Below are positions 11,158-24,324 of a DNA stretch of 56,708 nucleotides, piece by piece (the first letter of the stretch is position 1; every line of letters starts with the position of its first letter). Source of the stretch: Prorocentrum cordatum (taxonomy: Eukaryota); contig CAUYUJ010000073.1 of the NCBI GenBank assembly GCA_963575745.1, positions 62,001 through 118,708 on the forward strand, given 5' to 3'. The position numbers and the translations under genes were made by a program. The notes beneath the pieces are model-generated. The model made no database searches, had not been told where the DNA came from, and worked only from the letters and a program-made list of their open reading frames with translations.

Positions 11158-13400
11158 CTTCCGAGGGCCGCCGAGGGCTCGGCGGGGCGGCGGGGGCCGG
11201 GCGACGGCGCCCTCGACCGCCGCGGGGCCACCCCAGACCCCTCGGGTCAGGCCACATCACGACGGAGGTGTTGTTCCTATTTTCGGCCCCTGGGCGCCCT
11301 CACTGGGCCCCAGGACCGCCAAGAGACAACTCGGGGTTTAAAAAAGTGTCCTGGGGACGGGGTCGGCTACGCGTAAGAGTGGCGCTTCGCCGGAGTGGCG
11401 TTTGGCGCGGGCTCACCAGGGCCCCCCCGATGGCGCAGCGCGATGCGATGGTGGCTGCCTGCGCGCTTGGATTTGGCCACCTTGCGCCCCCTTACTCCAC
11501 GCACGACAGGTCACTTCTGCCAAAGGTCGCTTTTGCGTGTAGCCGAAGCGGGTCGAGACTTCTGCGGGGCCACTTCCAATGAAGGAAGCATGGAATCGCA
11601 GGTCTGGGCTTAAGTCGGCACGTGCCTCCACAGAAGGAATATTCGAAAACAGTCCAAAAATAGTATGGGGACGATTCTTTTTAGTATTGTTTGACCACTT
11701 CTGAATGTTCTGACTATTTTCAATTTTGGGATTAAAATCCCCCTGTAGGGGGACATGCCCGACGTAAGTCTGGGCCCGAGGGTCCGCCGCCGAGGGCCCC
11801 ACAGCTCGGCGGGGCGCCGGGCGGGCGCGGGAGCCCTCTCGGCCGGGGAGGCGGGCCTGCCCCCCTGAGATTTGGGCGCCGCGCTTAGGTCGGGCAGGCC
11901 CCCCGTCAGACGGATTTTTGGGGGAAAAATGAAAAAGACACAGAGACTGCTCAAAAATTGTCAAAGAGAATCGAAAAATCATCCCCCTACTATTTTTCAT
12001 CATTTTTGAGTATTTCTCCTGTAGAGGGACAGGGACAGGCCCGACTTTAACGCTGCGCTCTTTTCACGACCAGGGCCCCAGACCCCTCGTGTCATGAAAG
12101 GAACACGGTGGGAAGTCTTGGGATGTTTTCCGCCTCTTGGGGCCTTTACAGGGGGCTCGGGGCCGGCAAAGTACGACGACGCAGGATGAAGAGCGGGTCT
12201 TGGGGAATGGATCGAGGCCTTTGAGGGGCGCCGCGCGCGGGGTCGGCCGCTAGTGGTCGGTCGGGTGTCCCCCAGAAGAGGGCTGCTGCCTGCTGCCTTG
12301 TGAGTCTGTCTTGAGCGTCAGCTCTGTCTCAACAGAGCTAATTACTGCCAGGCATTTTTGGGAGAGCGGGCCTTCCCTCATCCGACGTCGCCAAAAAGAT
12401 GCAACATGGTCAAAAATTCACGGCTGGAGCCCTACAGACCCCGTCTTGCTGCGTCACTGTTCGAGCTTGATCCATATGTGAGGGCCCCAGGGCCCGCAAC
12501 CTGGCGAAGACGCCCGCTGCGAGAATAGAATGCGACGCCAGGGTCTGAGGGTTGGGTGCTATGAGCGCCGCAGATCTTGAACCGAAAGGGCCACGGCCCG
12601 CCGGGGCGCCGCGCGTGGAGTCGGCCGTCGGTCGCCGGTCGACGCGCCCCGCGCCCCGCGCCCCGTTTCTCTGAGGTCCTGGCGCTGCAATGTGTGTGTG
12701 CCTTCGGCGAGGGCCCCGGGGCCCTCACAGACCGAGGCGGCTCGAGAGATTCTGGAGGGAGAACGGGCACAGGCACAAATCAACGTCGACTCGAAAAGGG
12801 GAAGACAAAATTCATAAGAGATGGAGAAGTATACGGGATCCTCGGAGGTGTGTCTCGATTTGTCTGTGTGCCTCGGGGCCCCTTCAGCAGTGGCGCAGAG
12901 ATATAGGGTCCGGGGCTCCAGTCGCGACTTTTCCGCGATGCTGCGATTGCTCGGGTCTCAGAGGGGGGGGGCCCGCGGCGGCGCCCTCGACCGCCGAGTG
13001 GCCCCCGAGGGGCCGCCGCCTGGAGATGGGCGGAGCGGCGGGCGGCCGCGGCGGCCTCTCGGCCAAGGGCCCAGACCCACCTCGAGTCGTGAGAAAGCAC
13101 GACGGGAGAGAGGAGGAGGGGGAGGAGGGGAGGGGGAGGAGGAGGAGGAGGAGGAGGAGGAGGAGGAGGAGGAGGAGGAGGAGGAGGAGGAGGAGGAGGA
13201 GGAGGAGGAGCACCTCCGTCTTGATCTGCCTCTGGGGGCCCTTTCCGGGCCTCGGGGCCGCCAAGAAGCGACTCGGGAGGAGAAGCTCATCCCGGGGAGT
13301 GGGTCCAGGTCGCCGGGGGTCCACGTCGTGAAGAGAGCACGACGTCGGGGGTCTGCGGGTCCGCCAGCCCCAGCTCGCCGCAGCCCCGTGTCCCGGCCAG

Positions 13401-13463
13401 GAGTGCCGTCGGGACGCGGCCGAGGCGCGCGCGGAGCTGGGCGGCCGCGGCCGGGAGCTGCAG
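13401..13463 (+). CDS. Candidate internal exon of a coiled-coil protein (ECRRDAAEARAELGGRGRELQ)
   Basis: 63 bp, phase 0, CAG|G acceptor, CAG|GA donor (a non-canonical donor known in dinoflagellates). Confidence 0.45.
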
Positions 13464-14017
13464 GAGCGGGGGGGTCAGCCAGCAGGTAGGCAACGGGGTT
13501 TTGGAGTCGGCTGGGGGGGTGACCGGGGTGGCCCAGCACCTCCTCGGGCCAGCAGGAAGGGGGAGGGGGGGGCAGGTTCGAGGTTCTGGGTTCGAGGAGG
13601 TGTGCTTTCCTTTTCGGCCTCTGGGACCCGCTTTCGGGCCCAGGACTGTCAAAACTGATCTGGGGTGGGGAAACTGCAGCAGATGGACCTCGGGAAAGGT
13701 TCAGGGACCGATTGTTCGCGGATTTGCATGTATCCCCCCTTATTGACAGATTTCTCGAGGTGTATCCAATTCAGACCCCCTGGCCGCTTCCAAGGTGACG
13801 GGGTTCAGCGCAAGCGGGGCTCAGCTAGAGCGACAAGTCTTGCAGGATCCTGCAAAGCAGGATTTTGGCCGAGCAGGGTCTTGGCCCCGCTCGCGGCCCC
13901 GGAGGCGGCTTGACACACTGGCCGAGCCAGGTTTGGGACGCCTCGGAAGATTGCAGCGCAACTTGTTCCCTAATTGGCCGAGTCGGATCTGCGCTGAGCC
14001 GGGTTGGTCCACGCCCG

Positions 14018-14395
14018 AGGGGAGGAGGAGGAGGAGGAGGAGGAGGAGGAGGAGGAGGAGGAGGAGGAGGAGGAGGAGGAGGAGGAGGAGGAGGAGGAGG
14101 AGCAGGAGGAGGAGGAGAGGAGGAGGAGGAGGAGAGAGGAGGAGGAGAGGAGGAGGGGAGGAGGAGGAGGAGGAGGAGGAGAGGAGGAGGAGGAGGAGGA
14201 GGAGGAGGAGGAGGAGGAGGGGGAGGAGGAGGGAGGAGGAGGAGGAGGAGGAGGGAGGAGGAGGAGGAGGAGGAGGAGGAGGAGGAGGAGGAGGAGGAGG
14301 AGAGGAGAGGAGGAGGAGGGGAGGAGGAGGAGGAGGAGGAGGAGGAGGAGGAGGAGGAGGAGGAGGAGGAGGAGGAGGAGGAGGAGGAGGAGGAG
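14018..14395. repeat. ~380-bp imperfect (GGA)n homopurine tract
   Basis: Directly visible; almost purely G/A. Confidence 0.95.
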
Positions 14396-17300
14396 TTCGG
14401 ACTGTCCACCCAGGCGGGCAGGATGACGCAGGCAGCGAGCGATCACGAGATGGAGTCCTAAGTCCACGTCAGCGTCTCCTCCTCCTCCTCCTCCTCCTCC
14501 TCCTCCTCCTCCTCCTCCTCCTCCTCTTCCTCCTCCTCCTAGGCTGCCATTTGGGTTCCTTGCGTGCGCTCAGGTGTCTCTGGACGGAGCCATAAGGTGC
14601 AGATGACGACGCGAGCGATCACGAGATGGAGTCAAGCACGCAGCGTGCGAGGCCAGACCGAATCGTGGAGCGCCTCTTGGGGCATCATGTGGTCCGCTGC
14701 AGGGGTGCACAGGCCCTGGATCGAAGGAGAAAAAACGCCACAGCGCGGATCCAAGAAATCCGCGCGGAGCGCCAAAAGTTTATGTTTCTGTAGTATTTTC
14801 TTCTTCTACGGTTATGTCGGGCCTGTCCCCCTACAGGGGGATTTTCGACGAAAAATAAAGAATACCCTAGAAATGATCCAAAAATAATACCAAAATAGTC
14901 TGGGTTTTATTTTTGGAGTGTTTTTTGGCTTTTTGGGGGTACTTTGGGGGTATTTTTTTTATTTCTCGTCGAGAATCCCCCTGTGGGGGGACACGCCCGA
15001 CCTAATTCTACGGGAGCCTCACCTACCTCCGAACCACCTGAGCCAGCCGGCGCCCCCTGCACAGTGGCCGCGCTGCTCTGCACCGCGCCGGCGCTGGCAG
15101 CCACGGAGAGGGCCACGGGCTTCCGCCCAGCGGAGCCTTGGCGAGCCCAGCCAGCGGTTTTCACGCAGAGGCGAGAAGCCCTGGGTGCGAGCATCGCTCG
15201 GGGGAGGGAGAGAGGCGAGCGTGTCCCTCCCCCAAGCAGACGTTGGAGGGAGGAGGAGGAGCTGAGTAGGGGAGGGGGAGAGGGAGGAGGAGGAGGAGGA
15301 GGAGGAGGAGGAGGAGGAGCAGGAGGAGGAGGAGCAGGAGGAGGAGGAGGAGAAGGAGGAGGAGGAGGAGGAGCAGGAGGAGGAGGAGCAGGAGGAGGAG
15401 GAGGAGGAAGAGGAGGAGGAGGAGGAGTGGGAAGAATAATAATGATAATGAGAGGAAGAGACAGCATCTGCAGAAGCAGAAGCAGAAGCAGAGGCTGGCC
15501 AGCAACAGGAAGGACATGATTGGGAAGAAAACGACGAAAAGAATGAAGAGGAGGAGGAGGAGGAGGAGGAGGAGCAGGGACAAGATCCACTCGTCCTCGC
15601 GGGCCCTTGGGGCCCCCCGCATCTCTTCCTTCACTCCCTCTGAGGCGTCCCTCCCCCCCTCTGGCGGCGGGCCCTGCCTCGGCCACTCTTGGGATCTCGG
15701 CGCTCGTGGGTGTCTTGGGCTATGGGTCCCCGCGTCCTCTTTTCTCCCGGCCCTTTGAGCCTTCTCGCCTGACCTGCGGGGCCCCTTGGAGCCCAGGCCA
15801 CTGTTGCAGCTCTGCGGTCGCGGCGCCGCGCGACGCGGCGGCGCGGTCGCGTTTCTGGAGGTGCTGGACACCGCGGCGTGCGCCACTGGGTGCGTCAGTG
15901 AGTGAGTGAGGAGCAAGATCTGTGTCAGGATCAGGAGCAGGAAGACACGGGAATGGCAAAAAGGGATAGGACGAGGAATGAGAACGGGAACAGGAGCAGG
16001 AGCACGAGGACAAGAGAAGAGGAAGAGGACGAAGAAAAAGAGGAAGGGGGAGACGACTAGGTAGGGGATGAGAAGGACGAGCAGGAGGAAGAGAAGAGGA
16101 AGGACGTGCAAACAAAGGGTCCCAAAGCCGCAAGCGAGTCCCAGCATGCACACGCAGGCCCCAGGGAGCATTCAGAAGGCACCAGGACGGCCTGACAGGA
16201 CTCACGATGGCCGCAACAGGGCCCCAAGAAGTACAAGATGGCCAGGATAGAGCCCAGGCAAGGGTTAGGAGGAGAAGGAGGAAGAAGTTTAAGAAGAGGT
16301 CGGGGCGGGGAGAGGGAGGAGGAGGAGGAGGAGGAGGAGGACCAGAGTAGACCCCATACGTGCCAACGATGCTGCAAGGCACCCTCCCATCCCAAGTCCC
16401 TGCCTCGCGCGTCCATACAAGAATGATTGTTCGCTGCATGAAGCGCCCCCCTTGAAAAACGAGTGCCCGCAATTTTGGCGGGAGCTCCGCTTTGAAGGAA
16501 TCCGCTCCTCCTCCTCCTCCTCCCCTCCTCCTCCTCCTCCTCCTCTTCCTCCTTCTCCTCTTCCTCCTCCTTCTCCTCCCCCCCTCTCTTCGGCTCCTCA
16601 GCCCCTCTCTTCGGCACCGGTTTCAGGCTGTAGTATCACTTGCTGATGAAATCTAAGGCGAGAGCCCCCTTTGAAATCGTACTGCCCTCCGTCCGTGTAA
16701 GTGTCGGAGGTTTCTGAAGCGAATGTGCGCGGCGCCCAGGCCATCCATTCGCTCAGCTGTCGGAAGTTTTGACGGCGAATGTGCACGGCGCTGAGGCGAG
16801 AGCCACATGTTGAAAACAAGTGGCCAGCCATCCGTGATTGTTTGAAACGTTAGGCCTAAGGGTAAGAAGATGCAAGGAAAACTCAAGCGAAACGCCTGGC
16901 CCAGCATACGGACACGCTTAATGCTGCAACAGGGACGGGAAATCTAGAAGGAAGATGGGAGGAGGGGGAGGAGGGGAGGGAGGAGGAGGAGGAGGAGGAT
17001 CAGTGTTAATCCAAGACGCAACAATGATGCTGCATTCTCTTCAAGTTCCGTAAAAGATGTGTGCTTCATTGCGGGCAGTGGCCCTTTCGAAGACAACCAT
17101 CTGAGAATCTCAGTTACGTCCTGACAATCCTGAATCGTGCCAGAACACCGTTCTTGGCACTTCGACCATACGTATATCTGAAACTGCTGCAAACTTTGAA
17201 GACAAATGTGCGCGGCGCCAAGGCGAGAGCCACATGTTGAAAAGAACCCGCTCTCCATCTGCGAAACTGTTGGACACTTTGAAGACGAACGCTCGCCGCG

Positions 17301-18022
17301 CTAAGGCGAGAGCCACGTTTTGAGACCAGCCCGCCCTCCACCCGTGAAATCGCTCCAAGCTTGGAAGACCAAGTTGCGCAGCGCGAAGGCGAGAGCCATA
17401 TTTGGAAAAAGACCCACCCTGCATCCGCGAAACTGCTCTAAACGTTTTAAGCTTCAGGATCACACGTGGCAAGGAAGGCTCAGGCGAAACGCACGGCCCC
17501 GCCCTACCAACACGTCTCGGGGTGCGACAGGGAGGAGTTATCAATGGGGGAAAAGGATGAAGGAGGCGGAGAAGGACGAGGAGGCAGGAGGAGGAGGAGG
17601 AGGAGGAGGAGACGACGCTCCTCTGGTGCCGCTGGGGCTCAGCTTGTCCAGGGGCACAGAAGAGGACAGCAGCCCTAGGAGGCCGCGCGCGCCGGGTCAC
17701 AGGCAGGCCTGGGCCGGAGATTCTGCCTCGGAGGGGGTCGGTGGGGAGCCTTGGGACGGGGGTCCATGCAAACGGGGGGTCGGCCAGAGCGCCCGATATC
17801 TTGCGGGATCTTGCAGAGCCGTGGGTGCACTGACCCTGGACCGGCGCGCAGGATCCTGCAGGATCCTGCGCAGCCCGACTGCCCCTCCTCCTCCTCCAGC
17901 TCCTCCTCTCCTCCCCGTCGAAGAGGAGGAGGAGGAGGAGGAGGAGGAGGAGGAGGAGGTCCCCGGTTTGCACCGGCCCGGGTCAGCAGAAGCTCGAGGC
18001 GGGAGCAGAGCCGCCGCGGCAG

Positions 18023-18106
18023 GACCTCCGGCAGCAGCTGGCCGCGGCGCGCCGCGAGACGGCGGAGGCGCGGGGCCAGCTGGAGGCCAGCGCGCGCGAG
18101 CTGCAG
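18023..18106 (+). CDS. Candidate internal exon of a coiled-coil protein (DLRQQLAAARRETAEARGQLEASARELQ)
   Basis: 84 bp, phase 0, CAG|G acceptor, CAG|GC donor. Ends in RELQ like the 13401 exon. Confidence 0.5.
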
Positions 18107-18428
18107 GCGGCGCCGCCGAGCCGCGCGCGCGCGCGCGCGTTCGCGCTCTGCCGCTCGCCGTCCGCGTGCCAAGCGTCCAACAGGCGAGCGGGGCGCGAGG
18201 CCGCCGGGAGCGCCGCGCGTGCGAGAGAGCCCTCCCGCGGCGCGCGCCGTGCCTCGCTTGGGCGGTGAGCGCAGCCAGCTGCCACTGCCGTGGGGAGCTC
18301 TGGGATGTCGTGTCGCTCCGCCGGGCTCTGGCCCACCACGCTCCGCCGCGACACGCTAGCCCGAAAAAGTCGCCACGTGGCTGAGGAAGGGAGAGAAGAG
18401 CAGCAGGGGAAGGGAGGAGAGGAAGAGG

Positions 18429-18459
<31 letters not shown>

Positions 18460-21400
18460 AGGGAGGAGGAGGAGCGAGGAGGAGGAGGAGGAGGAGGAGG
18501 AGGAGGCCTCCTAGATCCTAGATGGGGTCCGAGCACATGGGGTCGGAGGATCGCGCCGCATCGCCGATGCATCGGCGAGGCGGCTCGATGCGGAGCCCGA
18601 TTTTCTTCACGCAGACGTCGCCGATGCATCGTCGATGAATTGGCGACGCGGCGCGATCCTCCGACCCCATCTACTCGGACCCCATCTAAGAGGCCTCTAT
18701 AATACGGTCGGAAGCTTTGGGATGTCGTGTCGTTCCGCCGGCTCTGGCCCCCCAGCGTCAATGTCCTGAGCCTGTCCGGGCATCCCGCCCTGCGGAGCGG
18801 AGCGACACGTTGTGCACTCACAAGGCACACCGTGCCGCCGGGGCCGCCGCCGCGACACGCTGAGCAGAAATTACCGACCGTAACATCGCGACCCCCAGAC
18901 GGTGCGGGGACCACACCGTGTGGTGAGTCCGTGGGGATTCGGGGTGACTGCACGGTTTGGGGACCCGGGTCGTTCTCCGAAGACGTCTCAAGCGATTGGG
19001 GCTTACAAGTCCCAAAACCGTGCGGCAACGGACCTCGCGGTGAGGTATTCGGGGAGTCCGACGTCACCGTATTGTCTGTCACCGCTCCCTTTTGGGACCC
19101 CCAGTTATTGGGAGGAGGTCGGGCGCGGGGGCAGAGCTGGTCGGCAGGCCTTCGTGGGCAGGTGCTAACCGTGGAGGGCTGAGGATGGAACCTAACAGTT
19201 TCTGCCACAAGACCTTTGCGCGAAAGCTGTCGCAGCGGGGTAGCCAGGATGCTCTGCGCCGACACGCACGTGCGTCGAGCAAGCTCCACCACCGGTTGCG
19301 CGAACAGCCACTCTGGGCTCCACTGAAAGCCACCTTGCGCCGCACTGAGAGAGGGTCGGAAGCGCGACCGCCGATCTGCATGTGTCGCCTAGAAAAAAAT
19401 CAGTCCGAGCTTGTTGTAGAACGGCGAGGCGAGCTTTAGAACGCAAAAAAGAAGTGGATTGTAATCGCTTGCGTTCGAAAAGCACAAAAAATACAGAACG
19501 ACAGTGCGGTGCCTTGAATTCCATGTGCAGCCGAATGCCAATCGAAAGTAATGTCTGGAGCGGCCCAGGCACTTCTGTCCAGGAAGCCTGCTGCAGGTCC
19601 CGCCACCGTGCCTGCTCCGCACTCGGGGTGGCGAAGCTTCGAAGCACGGAGGCCGTCGCATGCGACACCTCTCCCGTCCCACGTCTTGAGAAGCTCTCTG
19701 GGGACCTACATCTGCTGGGACACTTGGAGCTGCCTTGGGGACTCCTTCGGGCCATCTTGGGCGGTTTGGGGGGCCCTCTCGTGCCGTGTCGGGGCCCTCC
19801 TAGTAGAACTCTGGGAAGTCTCGTGGGGCCGTCGTGGGGCTGTCTTGGGCCGTCTTGGTTCTTTCCAGAGGCCCCCTTGGGCCAGTTTGGGGCTCTATTC
19901 GGGCCGTCCTGGGCCATCTAGGAGCCCTCTTAGTCAGTGCGCCTTTCTGAGCCTTCGAAGACCTCAAGTGGACGGATCTTCGACCAAAGAGCGCGCACAG
20001 CGAAACACTGGAAAGTCTTTGGGGAATCAATGTGTCGGGTTCCTCAAGGGCCTCCTGGAGAACATCTTGGGCGTGGATGGGGCCTCTCGGGGTCCTCTTC
20101 GGATGTATTCGGCGCCTCGTGAGAGCTGTCAACTGCGTTTTGAAACTTGTTGGACCATCTTGGCAGTCTTTGCGGATTTCCTCGGCTGGCTCGGAAGCTT
20201 CGACGAGCCTTGAAGAGCGCTAAGGAGGCGTCAGGCCACCCAGGAAGTCTCGGAATGGGGAGATGCATGCAGGTGGACGCGTCAAGGAGGTGGGATCCCT
20301 TAGAAGGCTTACCGAAACCTTACTAGACAGCGCTTGGCATTCTTCGCAGCGTCAACGTGCCAGGGGGCACGGTGGCGGATAACAAAATATCAATCTCAGC
20401 GCCACGGATGAGTCAACACTTCTGAAGTCTCCTGGGGGCGCCAATCGCGTGCTCGTTTGCGCAGCAGTACAAGCCCGCATATTTAGGCAGACGCTTCGCG
20501 AGCACAGGGTTCACAAGGGTCACGCGCTATCACTCCCAACCCATGAAAAAAGGACGCGGACGCAATTCTTTACAAGTCGCTTCGAGGAAGCGCCGCAGCG
20601 ACATAGCCGTAGAAGGCCAAACGCTGCGCAGATTCAAGCCGCTACGCGGCATGCGCCTCATGCCGAAGGCTCGGCCTCGAATCCCGAGTCGGGCTCGGGC
20701 GCGGCTTCGGAATCCGATTCGGGCTCGGGCTCGGGCTCGAGCTCCAGCTCCACCACCCGGGCTGCAGCCGGTCGGCCGATGAGACTTCCCCCCCACGACT
20801 CTGCGGCCGGCCGCGAGCGAGGTCCACATCTCGACGCGAGCTCGTCGGGGAGGCGGCCAGAGGCCGCGACCCCTTCCGGGCCGCGGCCTCGGCCTCGGGC
20901 CCGGGCCGCCGCCGGGCCCCCGCAGCGGCGCGCGAGGCGCGGCCCCCTCGCGGCGCGGGGCCCCCGCGCACGGGGGGCGCGGGCGCCCTGGCGCCCCCTC
21001 CGCCCTCCGCAGAGGCCCGCGGCCTCGCGGGGCGGCGCCCCCGGGGGGGGGCCACGCGCGCGGGGGCCTCTCGGGCGCGGCGCGGCGGTGCGGAGGGCGC
21101 GGCGGCGCGGGGCGCCGCGAGAGGGAGCGCGCTGAGGGGGCGCGCCCGGCGGCGCCGAGGCGCCCACGAGCGGCGGGCAGGGTCCGCGGCCGCGCCCCCG
21201 CGGCCCCGACCCCCTCGAGGCACGAAGGAACCACGGCGGGAGGTCCCCTCTCCACTGTTCGGCCCCCGGGGGGCCCTTCCTGGGCCTCGGGGCCGTCAGG
21301 AAACGGCTCAAGAGGAAAAAACCGGTCCCCGGGGAAGAGGTCCAAACCTCTGGGGGGTCGACGTCAGGAAATGGTCGGGGCGTTCCGCGGTCTGGGTCCG

Positions 21401-23243
21401 CGGACACGCGGTCGCACGGATGCGTCCCGCGCGGGGCATCCCGGGAAGAGCGCCCCCCATCCGCGGGATCGCGGCCCAGGGGCCCGGCCCGCGAGGCCGC
21501 GGGCACGGACATACGTGCTTCGCCCACGAGGCTCGGCAGGGCCAGGCAGGCGGGCAAGGGCGTCGCTGGGTGGGCGCTGGCGCTCGCGGCCCGTCCCCGC
21601 GGGAGCCCGCCCCAGATCACGTCGTTAAAAAAAATCAGAACGGGCGGTTTTGGGCCATTTTCGGCCTCGGGGGGCCCTTCCCGGGCCTCGGGGCCGTTGA
21701 AAAACGATTCAGGATGAAAAACCAGTCCCGGGGAATAGGTCGAAACCTCTGGGGGTCGACGTTGCAAAAAGATCAGGGCGTCGCATGTCTGGAGCTCGTC
21801 TCTCCTCGGCCTGGGCGCCAAGGGGCTCGAGTCGAGCTGCCCTCCTTGGCTGGCTGCGTCTTGCCCCACGTCGCCCCGACCAGAAGACCTTCCGCGGAGA
21901 GCCGCCTGCGGGGCCCCAGGGCCGCCAGGGGCCAGCCCGCGACGGGAGACCAGTTCCAGGGCGCGGGTGTCCAGAGCTCCCAGGGCCGGCCCACGTGGCT
22001 GGAAGAGCACGGCGCCCGGGGCGTGGCCGTGCCATCCCTGCGGGCTGCAGACCCTTGGGGAGTTCGAGGGGCCTCGGGCCCGGCAGAGGCCCCACCTTCC
22101 GCGCGTCGCGCCCTCGGCGGGCGCCGGCGGAAGTCAAGATGCGGCGGGTCCCTGGGCGGAAGGCGGCGGAGGCCAGCGTGAGCCGTCCGCAGCCGTGGCT
22201 CCTCCACGGAGCCCTCGCGCCGTCCACGGGGGCCTTCCTGGGGGCCTCCCGGGGCCCCTGCACGGAGCACCCCGCCCTCCCGGCAGGGTGCCCCCCTCGT
22301 TCCTTGCCCCCGTGGGGTCGCGCCGCCGTGGTGGGGCCCAGGGTTTGTCGGGAGGCTCGCGGCGCAGGGAGGCCGCAGGATGGCCCAGGGGGGAGGTCGT
22401 GCTGCGATTCTGCGAGGCGTCGTTGCTGAGGGAGGGAAGCAAGGAGAGCAGAAGGAGGAGGAGGCGGAGGAGGAGGAGGAAGAGTTGAAGAAGGAGGACG
22501 AGGAGGAGCAGGATAAAGGACGATAGGAAGAAGAGGTGGAGGAGGGCGAGGCCGTGGAATACAAAAAGGGTGAGGAAGGGGAGGAAGAAGAGGATGAGGG
22601 TTAAGGATGGGACGGAGGAAGGGGAGTAAGGCGAGGAGGAAGAGCAGTGAAAAACATGAATAATGTGTGGATCAATGAACGTGGTGCCATATAAGTGGCG
22701 CAGGTTGTGGGGTACAAGCTATGTGGTGCAACATGTATATACAAACACACCTATATGCGAATGTGTGCATGTATACATATATATATATGTATATATACAA
22801 GTATGTGTATGTATGTGTAAGTGGTGCAAGCTGTGTGGAGGAAGCTATGTGGTACAAGCTACGTGGTGCAGCCGCCACACGAGGCGCACACGAGACGCCC
22901 AGGGTCGCCACGTACAGCCACCAAGCAAAAACTCGGAACCCTGGGCGAAAACACCGAACCCCTATGCCAATCACTAAGAAACATGACAGGAGTTCTCAGT
23001 GCACACGCGGCTTGGGGAGTCAGGAGACCGACCCAGGTGGAAGCCAAGGAGAATCGCTACAACCGTGGCATGCTGTATTGGTTAAATCTCCAGACCGGTC
23101 TCCAACGTCATGATTTGGTTTATGACGCCAGGCCCTGGAGCTCTCGACCCGTTCCCCGGGACCACTACGACGGCAACGACCACCACGACCGCGACAACGC
23201 CGACGACGACCAAGACCATGACGACGACAAGGTCGGCGACGCA

Positions 23244-23282
<39 letters not shown>

Positions 23283-23517
23283 TCACTACGCCGCCCAAGG
23301 CATCGCAGGAGCGCACCCAGGAGGCCGCGCCGCGGGGGGTGTGCCACGCCAGGATTGAGCGCGAAAGACGGCCGGCCGGACAGCGGGCGTCGAGTGGGCA
23401 GGACAGCGGCGAGAGAGAGGGCTCCTTGCACTCAGACCTTCGACGTCGCGAGTTTCATCAGTTCTTGGTAGCCAAACATTTTTTTGGGTTTCATATACAT
23501 ATCTCTATACACCTGTA

Positions 23518-24320
23518 TTCCCTTTCATTTGTTTGTTCGATCCGTGGGGGGTTGGAGCCCTCCCCCCAAAACGGGATCCCCGGCGTCCAGGGCTTTTGGA
23601 CGCCCCTCAGAGGGTCCCGCAAAATTTCTGGGCCTGGTTGGAAGTCCCTGCCAAGCCGTGCAAACGGGTCGGCGGCGGTCCCAAGAGATCTCCAAGACGG
23701 TCCAAGATGGCCCCAGACCTCCGCCAGACGCCCGAAGACGGCCCAAATATCACCTCCAAGAGGCTTTCGAAACGCAAGAAAGGTTGATTGTCCGTCTGTT
23801 GTTGTATGATTTTGGGCTACTCGCTTATCCGGTGTTCCCGGCGCCCGAGAACACCCGAGAGGCACCGAAAACCGCTCCAAGACGATCAAAAAAGGTTTCC
23901 TGACATTCCAAGAGTGCCCCAAGGCGGCCCAAGAGGGCTCAGAAATTGCCCACAGAGTGCCCCATGACGGCCCAAAATTGCCCCAAGACGCCCTCCGAAA
24001 GCATTCAAACCGTTACCCGAGACCACGATTCGCGGCATGGTGGCCCGAGGAGCCCCCAGAGGCCGCCAAAAGGCGCCAGGGACGTTTCCAGAGGCGCCCA
24101 AGGAGCCCCTAAAAAGATGTCGCGAGTTCCTGCATAAGCTCGCCTCGGAGGAGCCTCCGCAAGCAAATCTGAGGAGGACGGGGAAGGGTTTGCGGGGCAA
24201 TTGAGGCGAGAACGAGGAAGAGGAAGAAGACGAAGACACATGAGGGAAGGAGAAGAAAAAGCAATATGATAACGGTGATGGCGAAAACTACAACCGAGAG
24301 CGATCGCTGTTTTAATTGAT
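23518..24320 (+). mobile_element. Uninterrupted (empty-site) relative of the repeat element that hosts the nitrite reductase retrocopy
   Basis: CCCATGACGGCCCAAAATTGCCCCAAGACGCCCTCCGAAAGCATT...GAGACCACGATT...TGGCCCGAGGA (~23961-24051) joins the left flank (~40714-40745) and right flank (~45927-46000) of the retrocopy. Similarity continues to AACGGTGAT...CTGTTTTAAT. Confidence 0.65.
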
Positions 24321-24324
24321 CTGC

